Shown: positions 22,001-32,814 of the stretch, one piece after another
Layout: each line of letters begins with the position of its first letter
Numbering within the stretch: position 1 is the first letter of the stretch
Source: Octopus bimaculoides
Taxonomy: Eukaryota
Direction of reading: 5' to 3'
Assembly (NCBI RefSeq): GCF_001194135.2
Contig: NC_069004.1
Coordinates: 5,537,183-5,578,730, forward strand
DNA: 41,548 nucleotides
Notes under the pieces: generated by a model
Databases searched by the model: none
What the model saw: only the letters and a program-made list of their open reading frames with translations
What the model was told of the DNA's origin: nothing
Translations under genes and position numbers: made by a program

Positions 22001-22827
22001 AGTTACTAATGCTTATTTTTTGTTCTTTTCCCACCTTTCTATGATGATGATGTTGATGATGATGTTGCTGCTGACGCTGTTTATTNNNNNNNNNNNNNNN
22101 NNNNNNNNNNNNNNNNNNNNNNNNNNNNNNNNNNNNNNNNNNNNNNNNNNNNNNNNNNNNNNNNNNNNNNNNNNNNNNNNNNNNNNNNNNNNNNNNNNNN
22201 NNNNNNNNNNNNNNNNNNNNNNNNNNNNNNNNNNNNNNNNNNNNNNNNNNNNNNNNNNNNNNNNNNNNNNNNNNNNNNNNNNNNNNNNNNNNNNNNNNNN
22301 NNNNNNNNNNNNNNNNNNNNNNNNNNNNNNNNNNNNNNNNNNNNNNNNNNNNNNNNNNNNNNNNNNNNNNNNNNNNNNNNNNNNNNNNNNNNNNNNNNNN
22401 NNNNNNNNNNNNNNNNNNNNNNNNNNNNNNNNNNNNNNNNNNNNNNNNNNNNNNNNNNNNNNNNNNNNNNNNNNNNNNNNNNNNNNNNNNNNNNNNNNNN
22501 NNNNNNNNNNNNNNNNNNGGTGGTGGTAGTGTAGGTAGTGGTGGAGGTAGTGTAGGTGGTAGTGTTGGTGGTGGTGGTGGTAGTAGTATTGGTGATGGTG
22601 GTAGTGGTGGCAGTAGTGTTGTCGCTGGTGGTAGTGCTGATAGTGTTGGTGGTAGTTCTTGGTGTGGTGGTAGCTCTGGGTATGGTGGTGGTAGTAGTTG
22701 TGGGTGTGGTGGAGGTGGTGGTAGTAGCAGTGGTGATGATAGTGATGGCGGTACTTATGGTGGTAGCGTTGGTGGTAATGTTTCCACCACCAAACACGAG
22801 CAATAACAACAGCAACAACGAGACCAT

Positions 22828-22874
22828 GTGGTTATATAACATGCTTGAAACAACAGCTAAATCACCCTCAAATC

Positions 22875-22877
<3 letters not shown>
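22828..22877 (-). repeat. Motif D copy
   Basis: Reverse complement GTGTGATTTGAGGGTGATTTAGCTGTTGTTTCAAGCA. Confidence 0.75.
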
Positions 22878-22913
<36 letters not shown>

Positions 22914-22990
22914 GGCCTCCTGCATCTTATTTCTAAAGACAGAAAGCCACATCAAACGTCTTAGTCCTGCAACTCCCATAAAACGAAAGG

Positions 22991-23075
22991 AAGGGTGATG
23001 GCCATGACTGGAACGAGTTTGATCAATAGATCTTGCTGGATCAGGATTGTCCTGGTGCTAAGCAACAACAGCAAC
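22991..23075 (+). mobile_element. Family F tail module with (CAA)n tail
   Basis: GATGGCCATGACTGGAA...TTTGATCA...GGATCAGG...CCTGGTGCTAAGCAACAAC is homologous to 23791-23873. Confidence 0.7.
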
Positions 23076-23594
23076 TGCAACAACTTTGTGCACGTGCATT
23101 CATACATACGCTCCGAGCAGTGCAGCATCGTCTGTGAGTCGATGCGTGTCTCCTTTCTGTATTGCTCTCTATTGGTGGTAGTGGTCGTGGCCGGAACACT
23201 TGCACACGCACTTTCTCACACATACATATGTAAGTATACACGCATACACAAACATATATATGTACACAAACGTGTATATGCATGAACATACTCATAAAAC
23301 TCACACTCACACACATATACACACATATATACATACCTATATGTACACACACATACATATACACACAGACATGCAAACACACTCGTATAAACACATGTAC
23401 ACACACACACACATACATATACATACACACATACAAAGACATGCAAACACATACACTTGTATAAACACATGTACACACACATGTACATATACACACACAT
23501 ATATACATATACACACACACACAGACATGTAAACACACACATACTCACACACACGCATTCCTGTACATCTTGCTCTAAACTTCTTCAACCATGG

Positions 23595-23666
23595 GCCAAC
23601 GTGGGTGCCTCTGCATGGTTGCTTATCTTGCTAGTCATAGCAGCCAAAATTCCCTCAAATTGCATT
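23595..23666 (-). repeat. Motif D copy (longest, about 70 bp)
   Basis: Reverse complement AATGCAATTTGAGGGAATTTTGGCTGCTATGACTAGCAAG...ACCATGCAGAGG. Confidence 0.75.
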
Positions 23667-23790
23667 ATGCTGACTTGAATAAGAAACAGAAAGACAAAAA
23701 AAAAACAGAAAACAAACAAAAAGACGCGTTAGATAACTTGGTGTTATCTATGTTCCATATACATTGGGACCCCACCCCTCCACTTTCCGA

Positions 23791-23873
23791 TAGGATGGTC
23801 ATGGCTGGGATGGTTTTCATTGTAGCCTTCTATTTGATCGAAGCTGACCTGGTGCTGGGGGTTAAACAATAAC
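23791..23873 (+). mobile_element. Family F tail module
   Basis: GGATGGTCATGGCTGGGAT...GATCGAAGCTGACCTGG...TAAACAATAAC. Confidence 0.7.
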
Positions 23874-23879
23874 ATCTTC

Positions 23880-24435
23880 AAACACCAACACCAACACCAC
23901 CACCACCGCCACCGCCACCTGTACCAGCACTGCCACAACCACTACCACCACTACTATCATCACCACCACCACCACAGCTACAACTACCACAACCACCACT
24001 ACTATCACCACTACCACCACTACTATCATCACCATCAGAACTACCACCACAACTACAATTATCACCACCACCACCACCACCTCCAACAACAACACTGTTA
24101 TCACCACTACAACTACAACTACCACCACCACCACCACCGCCACTACTATCGTTGTCAGCACTACCACCACAACTACAACCACCAGCACTGCTATCACCAC
24201 TACCACCACCACTAACACCATTATCATCAGTCTCAGAACTACCACCACCATAATCACCACGACCACAACTACCACCACCACCACTACTATCATCAGTATT
24301 AGCACTACTACCACCACCGCTACCACCAACACTACTATCAACCATCACCACCACCACCACCATCTTCCCTCACAACCATTACCGTTACCACCGCCACCAC
24401 CACCATCCTTAGTGGCACTACCACCACCACCACCT
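23880..24435. repeat. Degenerate (CAC/CTA/CAT)n trinucleotide tract
   Basis: Mixed ACC/ACT/ATC units; the poly-V and poly-G ORFs are artefacts. Confidence 0.9.
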
Positions 24436-25131
24436 TCATTGTGGCAATGCATTCTTGCTAACAAGCACTAACCTGCCCCGCCCTACCACTCCCCCTACCC
24501 CCACCTACACTGTTCTATACACAACACACACGTACATGCACATACTCAAACACACGTGCGCATACACACACATGTACACACACACACACACATCTAATCC
24601 ATTCAACCGTTCGCTAAAGCCTCCACCTTCTTCCGTATCCTCCCACCCTTCCCCCCTGGCATACGCTAATGGCGATGGGGTGGAGGTGGTGGTTGGAACT
24701 CTGTGTGTGTGTGTGTGGGGGTGTGTGTGTGCTTACGGTGCATTGCGCGTGTGTGTGTGTGAGTGTTTGTGTATATATTTGTTACTATACACGCGTGCCC
24801 GTGTGTGAGTGTGTGTGTGTATGTCTGTATGTCTACTGTTTTGTGTGTGAATGTGTTTGTTACTGAATGTGTGTGTATGTCTCTATTTTCAGTGTTTTGA
24901 GTGTGTGTGTGTGTGTGTGTGAGTATTTGTGTGTGTGCGTTTGTAACTTTGGATGTGTTTCTTACTTTCTGTGTGTGTATGTATGTGTATGCGTACGCAA
25001 GGCTGTTTGCATCTGTCTATTTCTGTGTGTGAATGTGTTTGTGTGTATACACAAGCGTGTCTCTCTCTCTATCTCTCTATCTCTCTATCTTTCTATCTAT
25101 CTATCCCTCTATCTTTCTATCTATCTATCCC

Positions 25132-25164
<33 letters not shown>

Positions 25165-25379
25165 GTGTGTGTGAATATTTATGTTTGTCTGTGTACGCAG
25201 ACATACATCTATTTACATTCATCTGTGCTTTTATGCATGTGCATATGTGTCTCTTTGCGTCTTTCTGTGTCTGTGTGTATGCACACAATTGTCTATTTGC
25301 ATATATCTGTATTGTGTGTGTGTGTGTGTGTGTGCATGCCTGCATGTGTAGCTGTTCTCCCCTGTGTCTGTGTATCTGC

Positions 25380-25410
<31 letters not shown>

Positions 25411-26650
25411 TANNNNNNNNNNNNNNNNNNNNNNNNNNNNNNNNNNNNNNNNNNNNNNNNNNNNNNNNNNNNNNNNNNNNNNNNNNNNNNNNNNNNNNNN
25501 NNNNNNNNNNNNNNNNNNNNNNNNNNNNNNNNNNNNNNNNNNNNNNNNNNNNNNNNNNNNNNNNNNNNNNNNNNNNNNNNNNNNNNNNNNNNNNNNNNNN
25601 NNNNNNNNNNNNNNNNNNNNNNNNNNNNNNNNNNNNNNNNNNNNNNNNNNNNNNNNNNNNNNNNNNNNNNNNNNNNNNNNNNNNNNNNNNNNNNNNNNNN
25701 NNNNNNNNNNNNNNNNNNNNNNNNNNNNNNNNNNNNNNNNNNNNNNNNNNNNNNNNNNNNNNNNNNNNNNNNNNNNNNNNNNNNNNNNNNNNNNNNNNNN
25801 NNNNNNNNNNNNNNNNNNNNNNNNNNNNNNNNNNNNNNNNNNNNNNNNNNNNNNNNNNNNNNNNNNNNNNNNNNNNNNNNNNNNNNNNNNNNNNNNNNNN
25901 NNNNNNNNNNNNNNNNNNNNNNNNNNNNNNNNNNNNNNNNNNNNNNNNNNNNNNNNNNNNNNNNNNNNNNNNNNNNNNNNNNNNNNNNNNNNNNNNNNNN
26001 NNNNNNNNNNNNNNNNNNNNNNNNNNNNNNNNNNNNNNNNNNNNNNNNNNNNNNNNNNNNNNNNNNNNNNNNNNNNNNNNNNNNNNNNNNNNNNNNNNNN
26101 NNNNNNNNNNNNNNNNNNNNNNNNNNNNNNNNNNNNNNNNNNNNNNNNNNNNNNNNNNNNNNNNNNNNNNNNNNNNNNNNNNNNNNNNNNNNNNNNNNNN
26201 NNNNNNNNNNNNNNNNNNNNNNNNNNNNNNCAAGATTTTTCCTAATTGTTTTGGGTTTTTTTTTGTTTGGACATCTGTATGTATTGTTTGTGTGTTTATA
26301 TATGCGTATGTGTGTGTATATATACATATATGTACGTGTTTCTATGTATATATATGTGTGTGTGTATGTCTGTATATATATATATGTGCGTGTGTCTTAT
26401 GTATATATATATGTATGTGTGTGTGTCTGTGTATCTATGTGTGTGTGTCTGTGTATATATATATGTCTGTGTTTTTATGTGTGTATACATATATGTATGT
26501 GTCGGTATGTGTATATATTTTGTGGGANNNNNNNNNNNNNNNNNNNNNNNNNNNNNNNNNNNNNNNNNNNNNNNNNNNNNNNNNNNNNNNNNNNNNNNNN
26601 NNNNNNNNNNNNNNNNNNNNNNNNNNNNNNNNNNNNNNNNNNNNNNNNNN

Positions 26651-26689
<39 letters not shown>

Positions 26690-27088
26690 TATATGTGTGT
26701 GTGTGGTTCATATGTGTTTGTATGTGTGTGTATATATATAGTATAAATGAAAGTATGTATATGTGTGTATGTATATATGGTTGATGTATGTGTGTGCTTC
26801 ACATGTATAGATGTTTGTGTGCGCATACAATATCTTAGTGTGTTGTTTATGCGATCCATATATACATACATGTATCTACAAGTGTGTATAATATCCCCCT
26901 GTATCGAAAAATATGACTATATAACTAATATGTATAGAAAATATCTACACCCATTTCTGTCTGTATGTGTTAGTATGTGGGTGTATATATATATATATAT
27001 ATATAAACACTCACACATACACAAATATGGATTTCTTTAAGAAATATGATGTATCTTTGAAATATTCATCATCATGATGGTGATGACG

Positions 27089-27120
<32 letters not shown>

Positions 27121-27278
27121 GATGACTTCAGTGTAATATGAACTTGTGCACTTTTAGTTATATGTGTATGTTATTATACAGAGAGTGTGTGTGTTTGTAT
27201 ATAATATATAGCTGTGTGTGTGTGTGGTGAGTTATATTGAGTTGTGTATGATTGTATAACACATATACATATTTTGTG

Positions 27279-27320
<42 letters not shown>

Positions 27321-27424
27321 TGGAAAAGAAACGTCCATGCGTGTGCGTGTATGTGTTTCGCTTCTGCAAATGTGTGAATGCGTCAATAGTGATGGATCTG
27401 TGTGTGTGTGTGTGTGTGTATCTT

Positions 27425-27504
27425 CATCATCATCATCATCATCATCATAATTTAATATTCGGTTTCTATGATGCCATAGGCTGAGCGATTCAACAGGAGC
27501 CGGC
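27425..27504 (-). mobile_element. Diverged family C 3' end, cut by a gap
   Basis: (CAT)n then TTTAATATTCGGTTTCTATG...CAGGAGCCGGC. Confidence 0.55.
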
Positions 27505-27763
27505 NNNNNNNNNNNNNNNNNNNNNNNNNNNNNNNNNNNNNNNNNNNNNNNNNNNNNNNNNNNNNNNNNNNNNNNNNNNNNNNNNNNNNNNNNNNNNNNN
27601 NNNNNNNNNNNNNNNNNNNNNNNNNNNNNNNNNNNNNNNNNNNNNNNNNNNNNNNNNNNNNNNNNNNNNNNNNNNNNNNNNNNNNNNNNNNNNNNNNNNN
27701 NNNNNNNNNNNNNNNNNNNNNNNNNNNNNTGTGTGTGTGTGTGTGTATATATATGTATATATA

Positions 27764-28148
27764 TTCTTTTATTTCTTTCAGTCATTTGACTGTACCCATG
27801 CTGGAGCACTGCCTTTAGTCGAACAAATCGACCCCAAGACTTATTCTTTGTAAGCCTAGTACTTATTCTATTGGTCTCTTTTGCCAAACCGCTAAGTTAC
27901 AGGGATGTAAACCCAACAACATCGGCTGTCGAGCGATGTTGGGGCGACAAACATAGATACTCACACTCACACACATATATATATATAACGGGCTTCTTTC
28001 AGTTTCCGTCTACCAAATCCACTAACTAGGTTTTGGTTGGCCCGAGGCTATAGAAATAGACATTTGGCCAAGGTGCCACGCAGTGGGACTGAACCTGAAA
28101 CCATGTGGTTGGGAAGCAAGCTTCTTACCACACAGCCACACCTGTGCC
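27764..28148 (-). mobile_element. Full-length SINE family B (tRNA head, CORE-like segment, internal microsatellite, A-rich tail)
   Basis: Head GTGGCTGTGTGGTAAGAAGC...CAGGTTCAGTCCC. The segment GCACCTTGGCCAAATGTC resembles the CORE-SINE motif (G)ACCTTGGGCAAGT (from memory). It has an internal (TA/CA)n tract and the 3' end AATGACTGAAAGAAATAAAAGAA. Confidence 0.9.
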
Positions 28149-28340
28149 CATATATATATATATGTGTGAGAGAACGTGTATGTTGAAATGAATGAGGGTG
28201 TATGTGACTATTTATATGCGGTATATAGGATGTATACAAATGTAAACACACACACATATACACTCATTGATATTGCTAAATAACAAATCAAGAAATGCTG
28301 GCAAATTTATCAATCCATACTTTGTAAACACACATAGATA

Positions 28341-28657
28341 CAGCAAGTGGCTGTGCGGTAAGTAGCTTGCTTCCCAACCACATCGTTCTGGGTTCAGTCT
28401 CACTGCATGGCACCTAAGGCGAGTGTCTTCTTTTATAGCCTAGGGCCGACGAAAGCATTGTGAGTAGATTTGGTAGACGGAAACTGAAAGTAGCCTGTCA
28501 TATAATATACATATATATATATATGTATGTGTATATGTATATATCTGTGTGTTTGTCCCCCACCAGTGCTTGGCAACCGTTATTGGTTTGTTTATGTCCC
28601 TATAAGTTGGAGGTTTGGCAAAAGAGACTGATGGAATAAGAACTAGGCTTAAAAATA
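28341..28657 (+). mobile_element. SINE family B, 3'-truncated
   Basis: Collinear with the reverse complement of 27850-28140. Confidence 0.9.
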
Positions 28658-28661
28658 ATTT

Positions 28662-28743
28662 AAAAAAAACTCGGAAGGTTGGGCTTCCAACCAGGCCTTT
28701 CACAACACCCTTAATGCCAGGAACTTTTCAGCACACCCTTGTA
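28662..28743. mobile_element. Mariner-type MITE end with TA target site
   Basis: The end GCCAGGAACTTTTCAGCACACCCTTG|TA reads TA|CAAGGGTGTGCTGAAAAGTTCC on the other strand, a mariner-like TIR. The other end was not found. Confidence 0.65.
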
Positions 28744-28791
28744 TATATGTATGTGTGTGTGTGTGTGTGAATTAGGGTGGTCTTTTGTTGA

Positions 28792-28908
28792 CAACTCAGA
28801 CAACTGATGAAAGCCATCAAGGAAACAGGCACAGCAGCTGAAACTAGCTCAAGACAGCTATTGTTCATAAGGGATTGCAAGTGGAACCATTTCATTAGTG
28901 AAGACTAG
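28792..28908 (+). pseudogene. Possible C-terminal remnant of a HERO-type (RLE) non-LTR retrotransposon ORF
   Basis: The frame QLRQLMKAIKETGTAAETSSRQLLFIRDCKW resembles the recalled HERO terminal pattern RKAIK...AAE.SS.WLW..R...W. It is short and the match is from memory. Confidence 0.35.
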
Positions 28909-29183
28909 CTCAGTCCTTGCTGCCCCACTCAGGTGAAGCATATAGGCTAAGGGGCACGATGCTTGTCCCTTTGAGATACCTGGTGATAACACAGAAGGGT
29001 TTCCGGCATTGCACTGGATTTAGAAGGGTGTGCAAATGCTCTGAGTAGCCCCTGAGTAGCCCTCCGAGTACCCCCTGCAGTTTCTGTGTGGGGTAAAACA
29101 ACTTTGATATTTATTTTATCTCTCCTAAACAAGAATGGTTCACGATGGTGTTGACATGCTGTTAATGGAGATGGTATTACTCT

Positions 29184-29536
29184 GTGTGTGTCTGTGTTTG
29201 TTTTCCACCACCGTTTGGCAACCAGTGTTGGTGTGTTTACATCCTTGTTACTTAGCACTTGGCAAAAGAGAGAGATAGAATAAGTACTGGGCTTAACCCC
29301 TTTGGACCCCAACCTCCCACAGGAATTGAATGCACCACCCTAAGCTCCTGGTGAAAATGAAGACACATAGAATGCTGGTAAACTGGCATTTCAGGAATAT
29401 ACAGCCCTGGAATAGTGTCATTGCACTGGCATTTCAGGTTCTAAGGGTTAAAAGAAATACGTACTGGGGTCCATTCATTCAATTAAAATTCTTCAAGGTG
29501 GTGCCCCAGCATGACCGCAGTCTGAAAACTGAAGCA
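29184..29536 (+). mobile_element. SINE family B 3' half interrupted by a MITE
   Basis: The B sequence stops at GGC-TTAA (29293-29296), resumes after TTAA (29448-29451) and ends with AAGGTGGTGCCCCAGCATG. Confidence 0.85.
29297..29447. mobile_element. piggyBac-type MITE, 151 bp, nested in SINE B
   Basis: TTAA|CCCCTTTGGACC...GGTTCTAAGGG|TTAA, with an internal direct repeat ACTGGCATTTCAGG at 29382 and 29425. Confidence 0.85.
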
Positions 29537-29755
29537 CATCATCATCATCATCATCCAGTGTTTTAAATCCGGGTTTTATCCCCATTAACAAGAGTGGCCA
29601 GATCTACCTCAATGCCATAGCAACGGAGGTAGGCAGGTGCAGTCCACCCCAACCTTTGGGCTGGCTGGTGCCCATTCTCCCTTGCTATCATGAGGCTTTT
29701 TTGGAGCTGGATTTTCTATGGGGATCATGCCCTTGCTTACCCCCAACCTCAGTTT
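29537..29755 (-). mobile_element. Retroposon family H with (GAT)n tail
   Basis: About 90% identical by manual count to 41333-41548. It may extend to about 29900. Confidence 0.85.
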
Positions 29756-29984
29756 CTAGACATGAGTGGTCCCGAGATCAAGGCCTCCACCAAGATTTTG
29801 AAGAAATGTGGTGGAAAACTAGCTCAGGAAGGCAAGGCCACTCCTCCTGAGACCCCTTTCAGAGCCCCCATCCCACTACATAAAAGATAAAAAATAAAAA
29901 CATAACACTTTTGGTGCCAATCTACCAGAAATTTCTTCTGGTTCTATGGTCCTTAAAACTCTTCTTTGAATAGGTTCATATTAA

Positions 29985-30183
29985 CCCTTTTTCCATTTTA
30001 GTTCCTCCATCACATGTAATGCCTATTCATTGAAAATTCTTTTAAAGAAATCATGCATTATCTCATAACTTTCGGATTTCAGTGATGTAATGGTGTACTA
30101 AAGGCATTACTGGGTGGTTGTGAGAGACCTGATCACAAAACAGAATATTTGGGATGGACATGGCTGGTTTGAATGCTAAAGGG
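29985..30183. mobile_element. Degenerate piggyBac-type MITE, 199 bp
   Basis: TTAA|CCCTTTTTCCATT...AATGCTAAAGGG|TTGA: imperfect TIR and one mutated TSD. Confidence 0.7.
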
Positions 30184-30440
30184 TTGAGGAAGATGAAAGG
30201 GTACCAAAATATATATTAGGGAGTTGGAGTTCAATTCAGTGTCTCCCTTTTGTATCAGTACCTGTCTTATCCAGGGAAACCCTTAAACCCTTAATCTTTG
30301 GTCCAATGTATGCCTTCCACCACATAGGATTTTCAAGAAGTTTGCTCTGTAATCTTTTAGTTCCTAATTCGATGTTACACCTTGGAGCCTTATACAACTG
30401 TCTGTAGAAATTACAGCTAAATAACCTTCAAATCACATAC

Positions 30441-30670
30441 CATCATCATCATCATCATCATTGTTGTTTTATATCTATTTTCCATGCTGTCGTGGGTTGG
30501 ACGGTTTGACTGAGGGCTGGCGTTAGGAAGGGCATCCAGCTGTAGAAACTCTGCCAAATTAGACTGGAGCCTGGTGTTGCCATCTGGTTTCACCAGTCCT
30601 CGGTCAAATCGTCCAACCCATGCCAGCATGGAAAGCGGACGTTAAACGATGATGATAATGATGATGATGA
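30441..30670. mobile_element. Head-to-head fusion of two family C 3' ends (fold-back)
   Basis: The left arm 30441-30520 is a minus-strand C end and the right part 30514-30670 is a plus-strand C copy. There is a (CAT)n tail on the left and a (GAT)n tail on the right. Confidence 0.9.
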
Positions 30671-30714
30671 TTTAGCTTTTGCATAGCTAATTTCGCTGCA
30701 AATTTTCAAGACTA

Positions 30715-30811
30715 TCAGAGAAGGCATTTGCCAATGGTGAGGTACAGTGGAGTGGGATTGAACCGGAGACCATGCACTATCAATGCAAACTTCTTAACCA
30801 CATGACCACGC
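30715..30811 (-). mobile_element. Diverged SINE family B-like head
   Basis: Reverse complement GTGGTTAAGAAGTTTGC...CCGGTTCAATCCCACT...TTGGCAAATGCCTTCT. Confidence 0.7.
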
Positions 30812-30959
30812 TTTATTCCAATCTTTATTCTCAGCACGATTGGATTGTTCCAAATGAAAATGGAATGTTCCGTGGAAAAGATGGATCAGATAATTTGTAA
30901 GAAATCCAAATATTTGTGGAACCATGGAAAGTAAAAACAAAAAAAACACAACAAATATC

Positions 30960-31156
30960 TGTTTTTTTCTTTTTCCTCCCCACCTCTCTCTCCCTCTCTC
31001 CATCTTTCTCTCTCCCACATATTTTCTTCTCTGTTCACTACCTTTCTCTCTCTCTCCCCTTCTCTCTCTCTCTCTCTCATACTTTCTCTACTTTTCTCAC
31101 TTTTTCTCTTTTTATCTTACATGTTGCCCCCTCCTCTCTCTCACTGTTGCATGTTT

Positions 31157-31188
<32 letters not shown>

Positions 31189-31687
31189 TCGTTCCTCCTC
31201 TTTTTTACTCTCTGTCTCTCCTATTTCTCCTCTCTTTCTCTCTCCCATATTCTTTCTCTCTCATATTCTCTCCCTCTCTCTCACACATTCTGTCTGTCTG
31301 TCTCTCTCACTCACACACACATTCTGCCTCTCTCTCTGTCTCATTCTTTCTTACATTCTCCCTCTCACGTTCTTTCTCTCTCATTCTCTCCCTCTCTCTC
31401 ACACACTCTGTCTCTCTCTCTCACTCACACATTCTTCCTCTCTCTCTCTCTCTCTCACATTTACCCTCTCAACCAAAGTATGCATTGTATATTTAAAACA
31501 GAAACAACTCTCTCTCTCTCTCTCTCTCCCATACACATTCACTCACTCTCACCACACTCACACTATCTCTCTCTCTCTCTCTCGCTCACTCTCTTGCAGC
31601 CACACTCCACTCTTCCACTCTAAACAAAGTCCATGGAACTAATATTCAAACCAAAACTCACCACTCCACTCTCTCTCTCTCACTTTC

Positions 31688-31732
<45 letters not shown>

Positions 31733-32057
31733 NNNNNNNNNNNNNNNNNNNNNNNNNNNNNNNNNNNNNNNNNNNNNNNNNNNNNNNNNNNNNNNNNNNN
31801 NNNNNNNNNNNNNNNNNNNNNNNNNNNNNNNNNNNNNNNNNNNNNNNNNNNNNNNNNNNNNNNNNNNNNNNNNNNNNNNNNNNNNNNNNNNNNNNNNNNN
31901 NNNNNNNNNNNNNNNNNNNNNNNNNNNNNNNNNNNNNNNNNNNNNNNNNNNNNNNNNNNNNNNNNNNNNNNNNNNNNNNNNNNNNNNNNNNNNNNNNNNN
32001 NNNNNNNNNNNNNNNNNNNNNNNNNNNNNNNNNNNNNNNNNNNNNNNNNNNNNNNNN

Positions 32058-32123
<66 letters not shown>

Positions 32124-32400
32124 CCCAACCTTCCATAGCTTTTCTCTGTTTCTCTCTCTCTCTTCTTTTTAGCCTCTGCCTTTTTGTGTCTTCTACTTCC
32201 ATCTGTCTTCCAGTTTCTCTCTTTTACATTCTGTCTTTTGGTATCTCCTTATTTTTCTTTCTTCTAATTTCTTCTGTCTTCAATCTTTTGTCATTTTTTT
32301 AATCCATCTTCTCTTTCCTCTCTCTTCTTCTGTTCTGTTTATATATATATATATATATATATATAATCAATCTCCTGTCTTCTCTCTATCAACTTCAAGT
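30960..32400. repeat. (CT)n-rich polypyrimidine tract with a gap
   Basis: CT and CA runs; the SL/ER ORFs are artefacts. Confidence 0.95.
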
Positions 32401-32520
32401 CTTTCTTCATCTGTCTTCAGTCTTTATTCTGTTTCCAGTCCATCTATCATTCTGACTTATGTCATCTTCATCTATCCTCTATCAACTTCTGCCTTTCACC
32501 ATTTGTCATCTTCAATCTTC

Positions 32521-32780
32521 TGTCATCTCCACCAATCTTCTGTCAGCTCCATCAACTTTTTATCTGCTCCATCAACCTTTTGTCAGCTCCATCAACCTTA
32601 TGTCAGCTCCATCAACCTTATGTCAGCTCCACCAACCTCATGTCAGCTCCATCAACCTTATGTCAGCTCCATCAACCTTATGTCAGCTCCATCAACCTTA
32701 TGTCAGCTCCATCAACCTTTTGTCTGCTCCATCAACCTTATGTCAGCTCCATCAATTTTCTTCCAGTTCCATCAATCTTT
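32521..32780 (+). repeat. 20-bp minisatellite, 13 units, consensus TGTCAGCTCCATCAACCTTA
   Basis: Exact 20-nt register; the central units are identical and the edge units degenerate. Confidence 0.95.
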
Positions 32781-32814
32781 TGGTAAACAGAAACTGAAAG
32801 AAGCCCATTGTATA
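32778..32814 (+). mobile_element. SINE family B fragment
   Basis: TTTGGTAAACAGAAACTGAAAGAAGCCCATTGTATA matches the B segment preceding the internal microsatellite. Confidence 0.75.

Noticed and set aside
30330-30390. Very degenerate SINE B head
   Set aside because: Only scattered short matches (AAGAAGTTTGC, CACCTTGG) are present, so it cannot be delimited.
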